This document shows positions 8,634 to 17,811 of a stretch of DNA of 58,064 nt, piece after piece. The DNA comes from Salinisphaeraceae bacterium UBA4764 (GTDB taxonomy: Bacteria; Pseudomonadota; Gammaproteobacteria; Nevskiales; Salinisphaeraceae). Where the stretch lies: NCBI GenBank assembly GCA_002403445.1, contig DHHU01000072.1, positions 1-58,064 of the forward strand, read 5' to 3'. The notes under the pieces are model-generated. The model saw only the letters and a list, made by a program, of their open reading frames with translations, made no database searches and was not told where the DNA came from. The translations under genes and the position numbers were made by a program. The first letter of the stretch is position 1; every line of letters begins with the position of its first letter.

Positions 8634-10397
8634 CTATGGATTGGCCCGACCGTCACGGGCAGGTTTTACGGTTTCGGGGCGCACACTAGCGCCCAGCCTT
8701 TCTTTGAGTTTATTGACGAACGGATCATTTTCAATCGCAGCGCGCGCCGCTTCTCGCGCGCGAGCCTCAGCCTGTTCACGTCGCTTGGCCGGCGTGTCAT
8801 CGCCGATATTCGCTACGCGAATCGACAGTTTTGGCCCACCATCCGGGTCGCCCCAAAACGCTGCCAGCGCTGCGGCCAGTCCATCACGCGCGGTAGCTGA
8901 CAATAGAAAACGCCGTGATTCAGCTAGTATCAAATCCACCCGTTCATGGTCCAAATACTCGCAAACTGCATTGGCAGCCAGTTGTGCGCTCAGTCCGGAA
9001 ACATCAAGACGTGATACCAGCGCATGCCAGTCGGCTGGGACTTTCGATTGTCCGATAAATCCTCGCCCAGTTTGATGTGATACGTCTGCGGTCCAACTTG
9101 CCGATTCGCGTTGCGAAGGCTGTGCTTCTGGACTATTTGGGTCTGATGCCGGCTTGTCGGCGTGACCCGAATCCGATTTTGCTTCGTAGGAGCTATCCAG
9201 CGAATGTGCGTTGGCCTCTGAGACCGGATGGGGCGCAGAGGCGTGTGTCTGAAATGGACCTCTCTCCGCATTATCGCGGCCGACCGGTTCTTGCGTTGCC
9301 GGGTCACGCTCGCCGGGTACAAAAGCGAGCATGCGTAAAACGGTCATGCGCGCCCCGACGAGCGGATCAGGCGCAAAACTCAGGTGGCGAATGCCTGCCA
9401 CGGCGATGTCATAAAAGATCTGGACGGCTTTCGGGTCGGACCTCTCGGCCATCGCCTGCCAAGATTCATCCGATTCATCGACGCATGTTCCCACAATCTG
9501 GATTGTGGCAATCCGTTGCCAGGCTGTGGCGATGGCATCAAGTACGTAGTGGACATCAATGCCATCCGCGTACAGATCGTCAAGGGCCTGCATTGCCGCC
9601 CTAGAATCGGCATCGATGATCGCCCCCACCAGCGTCTGAATACGATCACCAGCCACCGAGCCGAGCATTTGATCAACAGTTTCGCCATCCAGTCGCCCGC
9701 CGCCAAACGCCAAACCCTGGTCAACCAGTGACAGCGCATCGCGCATGCTGCCATCGGCCGCTCGCGCGATCTGCAAAAGCGCGGTATCGTCCACCGAGAG
9801 CGATTCCTCTTTGGCCACGTGCCGCAATTGCTCGGCGATCTGCGGCACAGGCAGGCGTTTGAGGGGAAATTGCAGACACCGCGACAGGATTGTTACCGGA
9901 ATTTTTTCAGGCTCAGTCGTTGCCAGAACGAATTCAACGCCGGGCGGCGGTTCCTCGAAGGTCTTGAGCAACGCGTTGAAGGAATGCTTAGTAAGCATAT
10001 GTACCTCGTCGATGAGATACACCTTGGTGCGCCCGACAGTCGGTGCATAGGCAACGTTGTCCATCAGCGCGCGCGTGTCGTCAACCCCCGTGCGAGATGC
10101 GGCGTCGACTTCGATAAGATCCACAAATCGGCCTGAATCGATTTCTCGGCATGTTGCGCACGCCGAAGCATCGTCGCGGCACGGCTGGCTCGACACGCCG
10201 TGTTCGCAATTCAGGCATTTAGCAATAATCCGCGCCAGAGTGGTCTTGCCTACTCCTCGCGTGCCTGAAAACAACAGCGCATGGTGCAGTTGGTCGTGGT
10301 CCAGTGCATAGGACAGGGCCCGTACAACATGCGCTTGACCGACTAAATCTTCAAAGCGGCGTGGCCGCCAGGCTCGGGCCAGCGGTTGAAAACTCAT
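8634..10397 (-). CDS. dnaX: DNA polymerase III subunit tau/gamma
   Basis: The ATG at 10397 gives MSFQPLARAWRPRRFEDLVGQ. Walker A GTRGVGKTTLARI, zinc module CxxC...CxxC, and SRC motif TILSRC. Confidence 0.93.
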   Translation of the reverse strand: MSFQPLARAWRPRRFEDLVGQAHVVRALSYALDHDQLHHALLFSGTRGVGKTTLARIIAKCLNCEHGVSSQPCRDDASACATCREIDSGRFVDLIEVDAASRTGVDDTRALMDNVAYAPTVGRTKVYLIDEVHMLTKHSFNALLKTFEEPPPGVEFVLATTEPEKIPVTILSRCLQFPLKRLPVPQIAEQLRHVAKEESLSVDDTALLQIARAADGSMRDALSLVDQGLAFGGGRLDGETVDQMLGSVAGDRIQTLVGAIIDADSRAAMQALDDLYADGIDVHYVLDAIATAWQRIATIQIVGTCVDESDESWQAMAERSDPKAVQIFYDIAVAGIRHLSFAPDPLVGARMTVLRMLAFVPGERDPATQEPVGRDNAERGPFQTHASAPHPVSEANAHSLDSSYEAKSDSGHADKPASDPNSPEAQPSQRESASWTADVSHQTGRGFIGQSKVPADWHALVSRLDVSGLSAQLAANAVCEYLDHERVDLILAESRRFLLSATARDGLAAALAAFWGDPDGGPKLSIRVANIGDDTPAKRREQAEARAREAARAAIENDPFVNKLKERLGASVRPETVKPARDGRANP

Positions 10398-10517
10398 GTC
10401 TCTTGATGAAAAACCTTGGCCGCGCGCAGTCGAACAACCGAAAACACCGGCCAAACCGGCGTCATGACGAAGTCTGCTACGCATTTGAACATGGCTTTAT
10501 CCTGAGAACCTGGGAGA

Positions 10518-10633
10518 GGGTGGCGGCCTACGTCAGCAAAACTCCGGCGCCCGAAGTCACCGCTACCGCTGCTCCCTTCCGGGCCTGACGGGGTTTACGG
10601 CTGTTCGTCGCGGAGGCACCGACGCAGGCCACC
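10518..10633 (-). ncRNA. ffs: Signal recognition particle RNA (4.5S RNA)
   Basis: The minus-strand read contains GUCAGGCCCGGAAGGGAGCAGC, the conserved domain IV motif (E. coli GUCAGGUCCGGAAGGAAGCAGC). The 5' GGUGGCCUGCGUC pairs with the 3' GACGUAGGCCGCCACC to close a rod of about 116 nt. Position upstream of dnaX matches many gammaproteobacteria. Confidence 0.85.
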
Positions 10634-10869
10634 TTTGGAGACTATATTCTAGCAACCCAGAACGCTTCGAGGTCGAAACCGTCGGAACATGGTGGCGGGT
10701 CTGATCGCCGCGGTGCCGCACTTCGATCGGGTCTTCATGCCGAGCTTTTGCTGCCTAAGCGATTACTGCCTTATGAGCGATCAAAACTTCTCGCAAAATC
10801 GATTTGAAATTAACACGCAGGTGATTATCCCATGTGGCAGCCATTGCCAACCGACATGATAAGTAAGGG

Positions 10870-11965
10870 TCAAATAGGAAGCGTCAGCAGTGTCACGATC
10901 AGAAATGGCGCAGTCAACACCAAACCGACTTTGATGTACTGACCCCAGCCGATGTGATGGCTCTTTCCGTCCAGCACATGCAGGCCAAAAACAAGGGGGC
11001 CTGGCTATCGGTCAGGGTAAATTTTTGGCCCCAGATTGGTTGTGGTGATATTGGCATAGACCATGAGCTTTCGCGTTAGCTCCGGAACATGGGCAAGTTT
11101 GAGGGCCAGCACATCGACAAGCGTCGATGGCAGGTTGTTCATGAAGGAATCGAGGGCTGCCGGCAGAATACCGGCACCAAGCGTGGCGGCAATAAAGTTC
11201 GGCTGTCCCAGCCAAGTAAGTGTAGAGGCATCTTAATCCATAAGCTCGGCACTGCCCGTTACCAAGAGGTACATTACGCGGAACTTCGCCGAGCCGTGAA
11301 TCGCGGCAGCGAGCATATCAAGCACCTATACAAGTCACGAAGGACAAATACAGACCAAATGCCAGCCACATCAGGCCGAGCGTGGTAACCATCGGGGCCC
11401 CATCCACAGCGACCATGACCGACACGTACTGATCGAACGTGACCTCGAAAAATTTGCGCTAATGATGCCCACGAGATTAGAAGTCACCAAGGGCAGACTC
11501 GCCATATCTGCCATGAAACCGGTGGCGATGATTAAATCCAGTCCCGCCGTCCTGGGGAACTCTAGTCTGATTAGTTTGGCCGCCTTGATCGGCGTAAGTC
11601 GCAATGCTGCGCCATCGTTGGTATAAACACTGCGATCACCATGCCCAACAGTTCGAGTAGCGGCAACAGCAGGCGCCCGCAACCACTGAGCGCGCGAGAT
11701 GCCGTACCGGTTCGGTAACAAACTGGCTTCGTCGAGAATCAGCGAAACGATGATCAGGGCGAAGACCGTGAAAATCGCGTCCTAAACGATGTGCCACACT
11801 ACCCGAAATCAGCCCAGTCCACCACACCAGAAGCCAGTGCTACACCTGCGCCTCCAAATGCGATCCAACCGATGCCAGAATACTTCGGCTGCCATATGAC
11901 CAGCACAGCGTTACGATGAAGACTTGCAGCACGAGCGCGGCGAGAACTCCAGAAGCTAAAGCAAT
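10870..11965 (-). pseudogene. arsB: arsB-type arsenite efflux permease, disrupted by multiple frameshifts and stops
   Basis: ArsB-like segments are spread over three minus-strand frames: VLVIWQPKYSGIGWIAFGGAGVALASGVV, DAIFTVFALIIVSLILDEASLF, TNDGAALRLTPIKAA, ATGFMADMASLPLVTSNLVGIISANF, and the C-terminal GWGQYIKVGLVLTAPFLIVTLLTLPI followed by a stop at 10870. No single ORF spans them. Confidence 0.75.
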
Positions 11966-12472
11966 TCAGTGCGCTACTTGATTGACATATTTGGCAGTGG
12001 CTGCTGAGTTTACTCTGCCTTCGAGGAAGTGCTGCCACGGAGGATCGCCCCAGACGTACCTATGTCGGGTGAATGTCAGGGGTTATTGGCGCCGCTCGAG
12101 CCCAGACGGCACAGCGACTGATCCCTTATGCAGCAGTTACCATTAATCCGCTGAGAAGCTTGGGCACCGAGGCCTGATTGGCAAGAGAGTGCCTACCTTC
12201 CAGCGGCCCGTCGCATACCGCTGGTTGACGGCATTATGCCTAAGGCTATCGCCGGCACCTGGCGTCACCGTCAGCCTTATGCCTGCGGCTATCCATGGCC
12301 GTCCCATTTGCCGAACTTGACCATACGCCACCAAATTCCAAAGTCCCAACCTATGACGGCATGCCAAGGGGTGCAGGGCCTACGCGACGAAACGCTCAAT
12401 CGCATGCATTGCAGGCTTATATCGAATACCGCCGACATTCCTAGCCACTACCACTGCGGAATCATCCCCCCT

Positions 12473-13363
12473 TCAGGACTGGATAAGATCGCTCGACGAA
12501 CGCGCCAACAATTCAGTAATCAGCGGATTGGCAAACTGGCGCCGGACGCTGATGGCATAGAACTGTTCGTGGACATTGGGTAGATGCGCGTATTCAACCA
12601 AGGTCCCATCGGCGATTTCGTCACGCACCACGACTGGCGGTAAAATCGCTACAGCGGACGAGTCACGCGCCAACAAACGCAGCATCGCCATGTCGTCGAC
12701 TTCGGCCAACACATGAGGTTGAATCTCCCATTGTTCGAACAGCATATCGATTGCGATACGCACATCGCTGTGCTCACCAGGCAAGAGCACGCGAGCGTTA
12801 ACCAGATCATCGGGAAGTTGGAATGGAGTTGACCGTGGCCTGCCGAGTATGCTGACGGCCTGGCGGGCAATACGCCGACTCCGCCATGGCGTTTCAGCAC
12901 CACGCGGCACATCAGTGTTCGACAACACCAGATCGAGCCGATGGGTCGACAATTGCCCCAGCAAATCGTCGAGTCGGCCGGATTGCAATACCAGCGTCAC
13001 ATCCCCGCGGTCCATCAACGGAGCGATAAAACCTTCTTGAAAATTACGCGACAATGTGGCCATGGCGCCAATACGCAACGTTTGCCGCTGAGGGCCAAGC
13101 CCGTCACGCAGCACGGCCATGAGTTCATCACCACGATTGAAGATGGGCTCGGCATAAGCCAGAGCCACACGCCCAGCCTCGGTCAGCTCCAACCGCCTGC
13201 CAACGCGGTGGAACAACGCCTGACCGAAACTCGCCTCGAGTTGCCGAATCTGGCTCGACAACGCCGATTGTGAGACATGCAAGCGTTCGGCTGTTTCCGT
13301 GAGGTTGCCATGGATGGCCACTCGCCAAAAATAATAGAGGTGACGATAATTAAGCTGAGCCAT
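12473..13363 (-). CDS. LysR-family transcriptional regulator (NhaR-like N-terminus), divergent from dabBA
   Basis: The HTH region MAQLNYRHLYYFWRVAIHGNLTETAERLHVSQSALSSQIRQLE resembles NhaR-type LTTRs. Length 296 aa, with a substrate-binding domain. Confidence 0.88.
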   Translation of the reverse strand: MAQLNYRHLYYFWRVAIHGNLTETAERLHVSQSALSSQIRQLEASFGQALFHRVGRRLELTEAGRVALAYAEPIFNRGDELMAVLRDGLGPQRQTLRIGAMATLSRNFQEGFIAPLMDRGDVTLVLQSGRLDDLLGQLSTHRLDLVLSNTDVPRGAETPWRSRRIARQAVSILGRPRSTPFQLPDDLVNARVLLPGEHSDVRIAIDMLFEQWEIQPHVLAEVDDMAMLRLLARDSSAVAILPPVVVRDEIADGTLVEYAHLPNVHEQFYAISVRRQFANPLITELLARSSSDLIQS

Positions 13364-13459
13364 TGTTCTAAAAAAAAGAACGATTAAGCAGATAATAACT
13401 ATTTTTAATTAACGATCAATGCCGCTTACCCTAATGCCGCTATTCAATGCCGTACTGTC
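13364..13459. promoter_or_regulatory. AT-rich divergent control region between the LysR gene and dabB, with candidate LTTR box
   Basis: A 96-bp AT-rich spacer. It contains TTA-N9-TAA (13384-13398, fitting the generic T-N11-A LTTR motif) and the palindrome TTAATTAA (13405-13412). No promoter elements were verified. Confidence 0.3.
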
Positions 13460-15094
13460 ATGCCCATATTAGAACTCGTTACGGTCTGTCTGATCGCCGC
13501 TACGCCGTTTTGTTATCTGTTGGCCATGGCCTGTAGTTTAGCGCCGGTTAACAGCCGCATGGCCTCGTGGCCGCTAACACTCGGTCTGGCTGGCGCGGTG
13601 TTGGTTTCTGCGTTGCTTGCCAGCGCCATCACATTGTTTGCAGGTCCGTCACAAGCATTTGTCGCCACATTTCCCGGTATCGATCTTGAAGGCCTGGCGC
13701 CCAGTGTCCGCGTCGACGCACTGACACTTGCCATGCTGTCACTCATCGGTTACATCGGGATCGTGATCCTGATGTACTCGCGTCGCTATCTGGCGGGCGA
13801 CCCAGGCAAGGTCGATCCGCGCAGGCGTATGTATCGTCGCTGGTTCTCGGCTACCTTGGCCAGTGTCACGACACTGGTCATAACCAACCAGCTGTGGCTA
13901 CTCGCCCTAGCCTGGATTGCCACCAGCCTGTGTCTACATAAGCTATTGGCCTATTATGACCAGCGCCCGCAGGCCTTGTTGGCTGCACACAAGAAGTTTT
14001 TGAGCAGCCGATTAACTGACACTTTCATCTTAATCGGCGTTTTCCTCATTGGTCGACACTTTGGAACGTTCGAGATTAACGCCGTCTTTGCCACTGCTGC
14101 CCAAACACCGTGGACAGTAACGCTGACCATCGCCTGTGCACTACTGGCCTGTGCCGCCATCCTGAAATGCGCGCAACTCCCGTTCCACGGCTGGTTGATT
14201 CAGGTGATGGAAGCCCCGACCCCCGTCTCCGCACTACTCCATGCCGGTATCGTCAACATCGGCGGTTTCTTGATGATTCGTTTCGCTCCGCTGATGGCGC
14301 CTGCCACATTTGCGCAGACCCTGCTAATCATTGCCGGCACCACGACTGCTGTAACCGCCGGGTTGATCATGTCGACCCGCGTCAGCATCAAGGTGATGCT
14401 GGCTTGGTCGACTTGCGCGCAGATGGGCTTTATGTTGCTGGAATGCGGGCTCGGACTTTACGGCCTGGCACTACTTCACTTGTTGGCCCACTCGCTCTAC
14501 AAGGCGCATTCATTCCTGACTGCGGGAGAAATGGCCGCTATCTCGGCGCGCCGGGCCCGGACGCCAGCAGTTGGCCAATCGGTTATTTCAGGCTTCGGCT
14601 GGGGCCTGGTATCCGTTAGCGCTGGGTTTCTGGCAGTCGTGGTGTTCATATGGCCCCAAATCACAGGTGGGCACCCGGCTGTAGTGGTCGTCGTCATTGG
14701 GGCCCTGGCTACTCTGGCCGGCGACGCGCTGGGAGCAAACAGGCTGTTGTGGCGACGCGTAATCGGAGCTGGCGTAGCCATTGCTTTGCTCTACGCATTC
14801 TGGTCGGCGTTGTTTAGTTTCCTTGAACCGACCCGGCCGCCACAAGATATCGCCGGCGCCGAAATCGGCGTAGCTATCGCGTTCGCTGGGCTATTCGCCT
14901 TGCGAGCGATTACAGGCAATAAACACGGCGCCCGACACCTACGTTGGTTACATCCGCACGTCTACGGCGGTTTTTATCTCGACCAGTTGTTTACCCGTCT
15001 TACACTCGTGATCTGGCCGCCAAGGCTGCGGCAACGACCTCAGTCGACGACATCTCCATTCTCAGCGGTCACACCACCCGAGCCCGAAGCATGA
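13460..15094 (+). CDS. dabB: DabB: proton-conducting membrane subunit of NuoL/MrpA type (PF00361-like), inorganic-carbon pump component
   Basis: 544-aa polytopic membrane protein with NuoL/NdhF-like motifs (WLIQVMEAPTPVSALLHAGIVNIGGFLMIRF, HLLAHSLYKAHSFL). No other complex I genes are nearby. Its stop overlaps the start of a DUF2309 gene (ATGA at 15091-15094). Confidence 0.85.
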   Translation: MPILELVTVCLIAATPFCYLLAMACSLAPVNSRMASWPLTLGLAGAVLVSALLASAITLFAGPSQAFVATFPGIDLEGLAPSVRVDALTLAMLSLIGYIGIVILMYSRRYLAGDPGKVDPRRRMYRRWFSATLASVTTLVITNQLWLLALAWIATSLCLHKLLAYYDQRPQALLAAHKKFLSSRLTDTFILIGVFLIGRHFGTFEINAVFATAAQTPWTVTLTIACALLACAAILKCAQLPFHGWLIQVMEAPTPVSALLHAGIVNIGGFLMIRFAPLMAPATFAQTLLIIAGTTTAVTAGLIMSTRVSIKVMLAWSTCAQMGFMLLECGLGLYGLALLHLLAHSLYKAHSFLTAGEMAAISARRARTPAVGQSVISGFGWGLVSVSAGFLAVVVFIWPQITGGHPAVVVVVIGALATLAGDALGANRLLWRRVIGAGVAIALLYAFWSALFSFLEPTRPPQDIAGAEIGVAIAFAGLFALRAITGNKHGARHLRWLHPHVYGGFYLDQLFTRLTLVIWPPRLRQRPQSTTSPFSAVTPPEPEA

Positions 15095-17583
15095 TTGATT
15101 CAAAGCAGCTTTGTCCTGAAACTATCCAAAGTTCTGTTAAAACAGCATGCGGACAGATTGCGCCGACCTGGCCACTGGATCGACAGGTGGCCGTCAACCC
15201 GCTCTGGCAACTGATTGATCGTCCCATAAGTCAGGCGGCCTCAATCTTAGCCGCTCGCGGAGGCGCGCGCGTCGTGCCCGATCGGAGTTATTTTCTGGAG
15301 CAATGGGAAAGAGGCCGCATACAGCGGGCCGATCTCGAGGCCGCGCGCAGCGAAGCCGGCATCGAAACAGGCGTTGATGAACTCTTGGCCAGTCTGGACC
15401 TAAAACCGGCAAGCGACCGACTGCAGCTGGTGGCCGATGTGCTCGATGCCGATCGTGATCTAACCCATCGGACAGCCTGGCGCGATGAGATCACGCATCA
15501 AATCAGTCAGCTTTGCGCGTCTGAGTTCGACCTCGGTCAAGGGGATTGGCCGGTAAGTCACCAGAAAAGTCTCTATCCAGCCTGGCAATACAATGTGGCA
15601 CGGGATCGTGGCATCCCGATTCTCATGGGCGAACCCGGTTTGCAGCAACATTTTCACCAGTTGCCCCCAGATGCCGATGCGCTGATTTTCGAGGCAGTGG
15701 AATTCATGAAAATTCCAGACGAATGCCTCGAAGCCTATTTACACGCTTTACTGTTGAGCATAAATGGCTGGGCGTCGTGGTGTGCCTATCTAGGCTGGCA
15801 GGCCAGCCTGGAGGCCAAAAATGACGCTAATCTGCACGAACTTTTGGCGGTTCGACTGGCTTGGGATCGAGTGCTATATGAACACGTAGCTACCGATGCG
15901 CAGCGGCATGCTTGGCACACGGATTTATTGCGCACTGATCGTCTTACGGCGCACCATCATCACGATCAGCAGATCGACTGGATCTGGCAGCGCGCCCTTG
16001 AAATGGGCTATCAGAAAACACTAGTGTCGCAGTTATCGCGTATCGATACGCCCCGTGCGATGCAAGATCGGCCTCCAAGCTTCCAGGCGGCGTTTTGCAT
16101 CGACGTACGCTCCGAGGTCTTTCGACGCTGTCTCGAGCATGTTGCAGGCAACGACGTCCAAACCTTGGGTTTTGCCGGGTTTTTCGGCGCGCCTATCGCC
16201 TATCAGCCCCACGGTCTTAGCCACGAGCAGCCGCAACTTCCGGGCCTCTTGGCTCCGAGTCTGACAGCCATTGAAACCCCGACGCGCGCCGCCGAGTCAG
16301 GCGCCGATACACTCGGGACCCTTGCCCGCCTGCGCCTTGGGGCAAAAGAACTGAGTCGTCGTTTTCGCTGGGGCCCGACGTCGACGTTTTCTTATGTTGA
16401 ATCGATGGGACTGTTCTATGCCTTCAAATTGTTCGTCGATGGGTTTTTGAAAAATCACGCCGACCATACCGATAACGGCCTCAATGAGGCCGAACGCCAG
16501 AAGTTGCAACTCGAGCTCGCACACGGCCCTACCGCGCTCTCGACCGAAGAGAAAACCGAACTCGCGGCCAGCATTCTGGCGGGCTTATCACTCACTCGAG
16601 ATTTTGCTCCGATCGTTTTGCTTGTTGGCCACGCGAGTGCCACGCGCAACAATCCGAAAGCGTCGACACTCGACTGCGGGGCCTGCTGCGGCCGCTCCGG
16701 CGAAGTCAACGCCCGCGTAGTGGCGAGACTGCTCAACGAGGCCGATGTCCGCGCCTCACTTGCGGCTAAGCATGACATTCGCATTGGCGACGATACTCAG
16801 TTCGTGGGGGGACTTCACAACACCACGACCGACGCGGTGTCACTATTTGATGTCGATGGTCTGGATAGCCGACAAACGCAAATGCTCGCGCAGGTGAAAC
16901 ACTGGCTCGAAGAGGCGCGCGTCGAGACCAACGCCGAACGTCTGCCCTGGCTTGATGAGATTCGTCAGCCCCGGCGCCATCAGAATGCCGGGGATATTCT
17001 GGCCCGACGAGGTAACGACTGGTCACAAGTCCGACCCGAATGGGGGCTGACCGGCAACGCCAGCCTGATCATCGCACCCCGTGCACGCACCCGCGAGCTG
17101 AATTTCGGAGGCCGAACTTTTTTGCACGACTATAACGAGGCCGAGGATCCTGATGGCAGTGTGCTGGAGACAATCCTGACCGCTCCCATGGTGGTGGCAC
17201 ACTGGATCAATTTTCAGTACTACGCCTCTACCGTTGACAACACCTTTTATGGCAGTGGGAACAAAACATTGCACAATGTCGCCGGCGGCCACATCGCGGT
17301 TTTCGAGGGCAACGGAGGTGATATGCGCATTGGCCTGTCGCTGCAATCACTCCACGACGGCGAGAAATGGATTCATGAACCACTGCGCCTAAGTGTCTTC
17401 GTTCAGGCATCGACACAGGCTATCGACCAAATCATGGCATCGCATGATAGCGTTCGTTATCTAGCCACTAACAAATGGTTATTTCTGTACGCCATAGGTG
17501 ACCCCGGTGAACCGATCCATCGTTTCATAGGCAGCGGCTGGCAGCCGATCGATGCCGAGAGCCACGCATCAGCCGAAGCCTGA
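15091..17583 (+). CDS. dabA: DabA: DUF2309/PF10070 protein, beta-carbonic-anhydrase-like subunit of the DAB inorganic-carbon pump
   Basis: 830 aa from the ATG at 15091 (MIDSKQLCPE...WPLDRQVAVNPLW). Candidate Zn ligands sit in the motifs AAFCIDVRSE (Cys336/Asp338, codon 16096-16098) and LLVGHASATRNNPKASTLDCGACCG (His514 at 16630-16632, Cys529). The His-to-Cys spacing of 15 matches my recollection of H. neapolitanus DabA2. Confidence 0.88.
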   Translation: MIDSKQLCPETIQSSVKTACGQIAPTWPLDRQVAVNPLWQLIDRPISQAASILAARGGARVVPDRSYFLEQWERGRIQRADLEAARSEAGIETGVDELLASLDLKPASDRLQLVADVLDADRDLTHRTAWRDEITHQISQLCASEFDLGQGDWPVSHQKSLYPAWQYNVARDRGIPILMGEPGLQQHFHQLPPDADALIFEAVEFMKIPDECLEAYLHALLLSINGWASWCAYLGWQASLEAKNDANLHELLAVRLAWDRVLYEHVATDAQRHAWHTDLLRTDRLTAHHHHDQQIDWIWQRALEMGYQKTLVSQLSRIDTPRAMQDRPPSFQAAFCIDVRSEVFRRCLEHVAGNDVQTLGFAGFFGAPIAYQPHGLSHEQPQLPGLLAPSLTAIETPTRAAESGADTLGTLARLRLGAKELSRRFRWGPTSTFSYVESMGLFYAFKLFVDGFLKNHADHTDNGLNEAERQKLQLELAHGPTALSTEEKTELAASILAGLSLTRDFAPIVLLVGHASATRNNPKASTLDCGACCGRSGEVNARVVARLLNEADVRASLAAKHDIRIGDDTQFVGGLHNTTTDAVSLFDVDGLDSRQTQMLAQVKHWLEEARVETNAERLPWLDEIRQPRRHQNAGDILARRGNDWSQVRPEWGLTGNASLIIAPRARTRELNFGGRTFLHDYNEAEDPDGSVLETILTAPMVVAHWINFQYYASTVDNTFYGSGNKTLHNVAGGHIAVFEGNGGDMRIGLSLQSLHDGEKWIHEPLRLSVFVQASTQAIDQIMASHDSVRYLATNKWLFLYAIGDPGEPIHRFIGSGWQPIDAESHASAEA

Positions 17584-17811
17584 CAACTGGGTGAAACCAA
17601 TCTTTGAAGCGTGCAGATAAACGCAACGCAGCCACACTAAACAACTAAGCCCTGGATCATGAATGCCAGTGCCACCATACCGTATTAATCCGCTATTAAT
17701 TACTGAGAAGCCGGTTGCTCAACCGGGTGAAACTGCGGGATTGCGCCTGTGGCTGACTACATCACTTCCCGCATATCGCAACGTCTTCAGAGACCATCCG
17801 ATGCAGGCTCG

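Noticed and set aside
8634-10397. Searched dnaX for an E. coli-type programmed -1 frameshift heptamer (A AAA AAG) that would produce gamma.
   Set aside because: The only A6 run (plus-strand ATTTTTTC at about 9901-9908) reads GAA AAA ATT in the N-terminal ATPase domain (TEPEKIP). It is not followed by G and not at the domain III/IV boundary.
10304-10588. 94-aa plus-strand ORF spanning the dnaX 5' end and the region upstream.
   Set aside because: It overlaps the dnaX start and the SRP RNA. The SRP RNA motif and closing helix explain the sequence better.
12041-12472. Tried to read arsR, arsC or arsH remnants upstream of the arsB pseudogene, including the 74-aa ORF at 12143-12367.
   Set aside because: None of the three minus-strand frames gave any recognisable ArsR HTH, ArsC CxxS/LMW-PTP or ArsH motif. 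The stretch is left unassigned.
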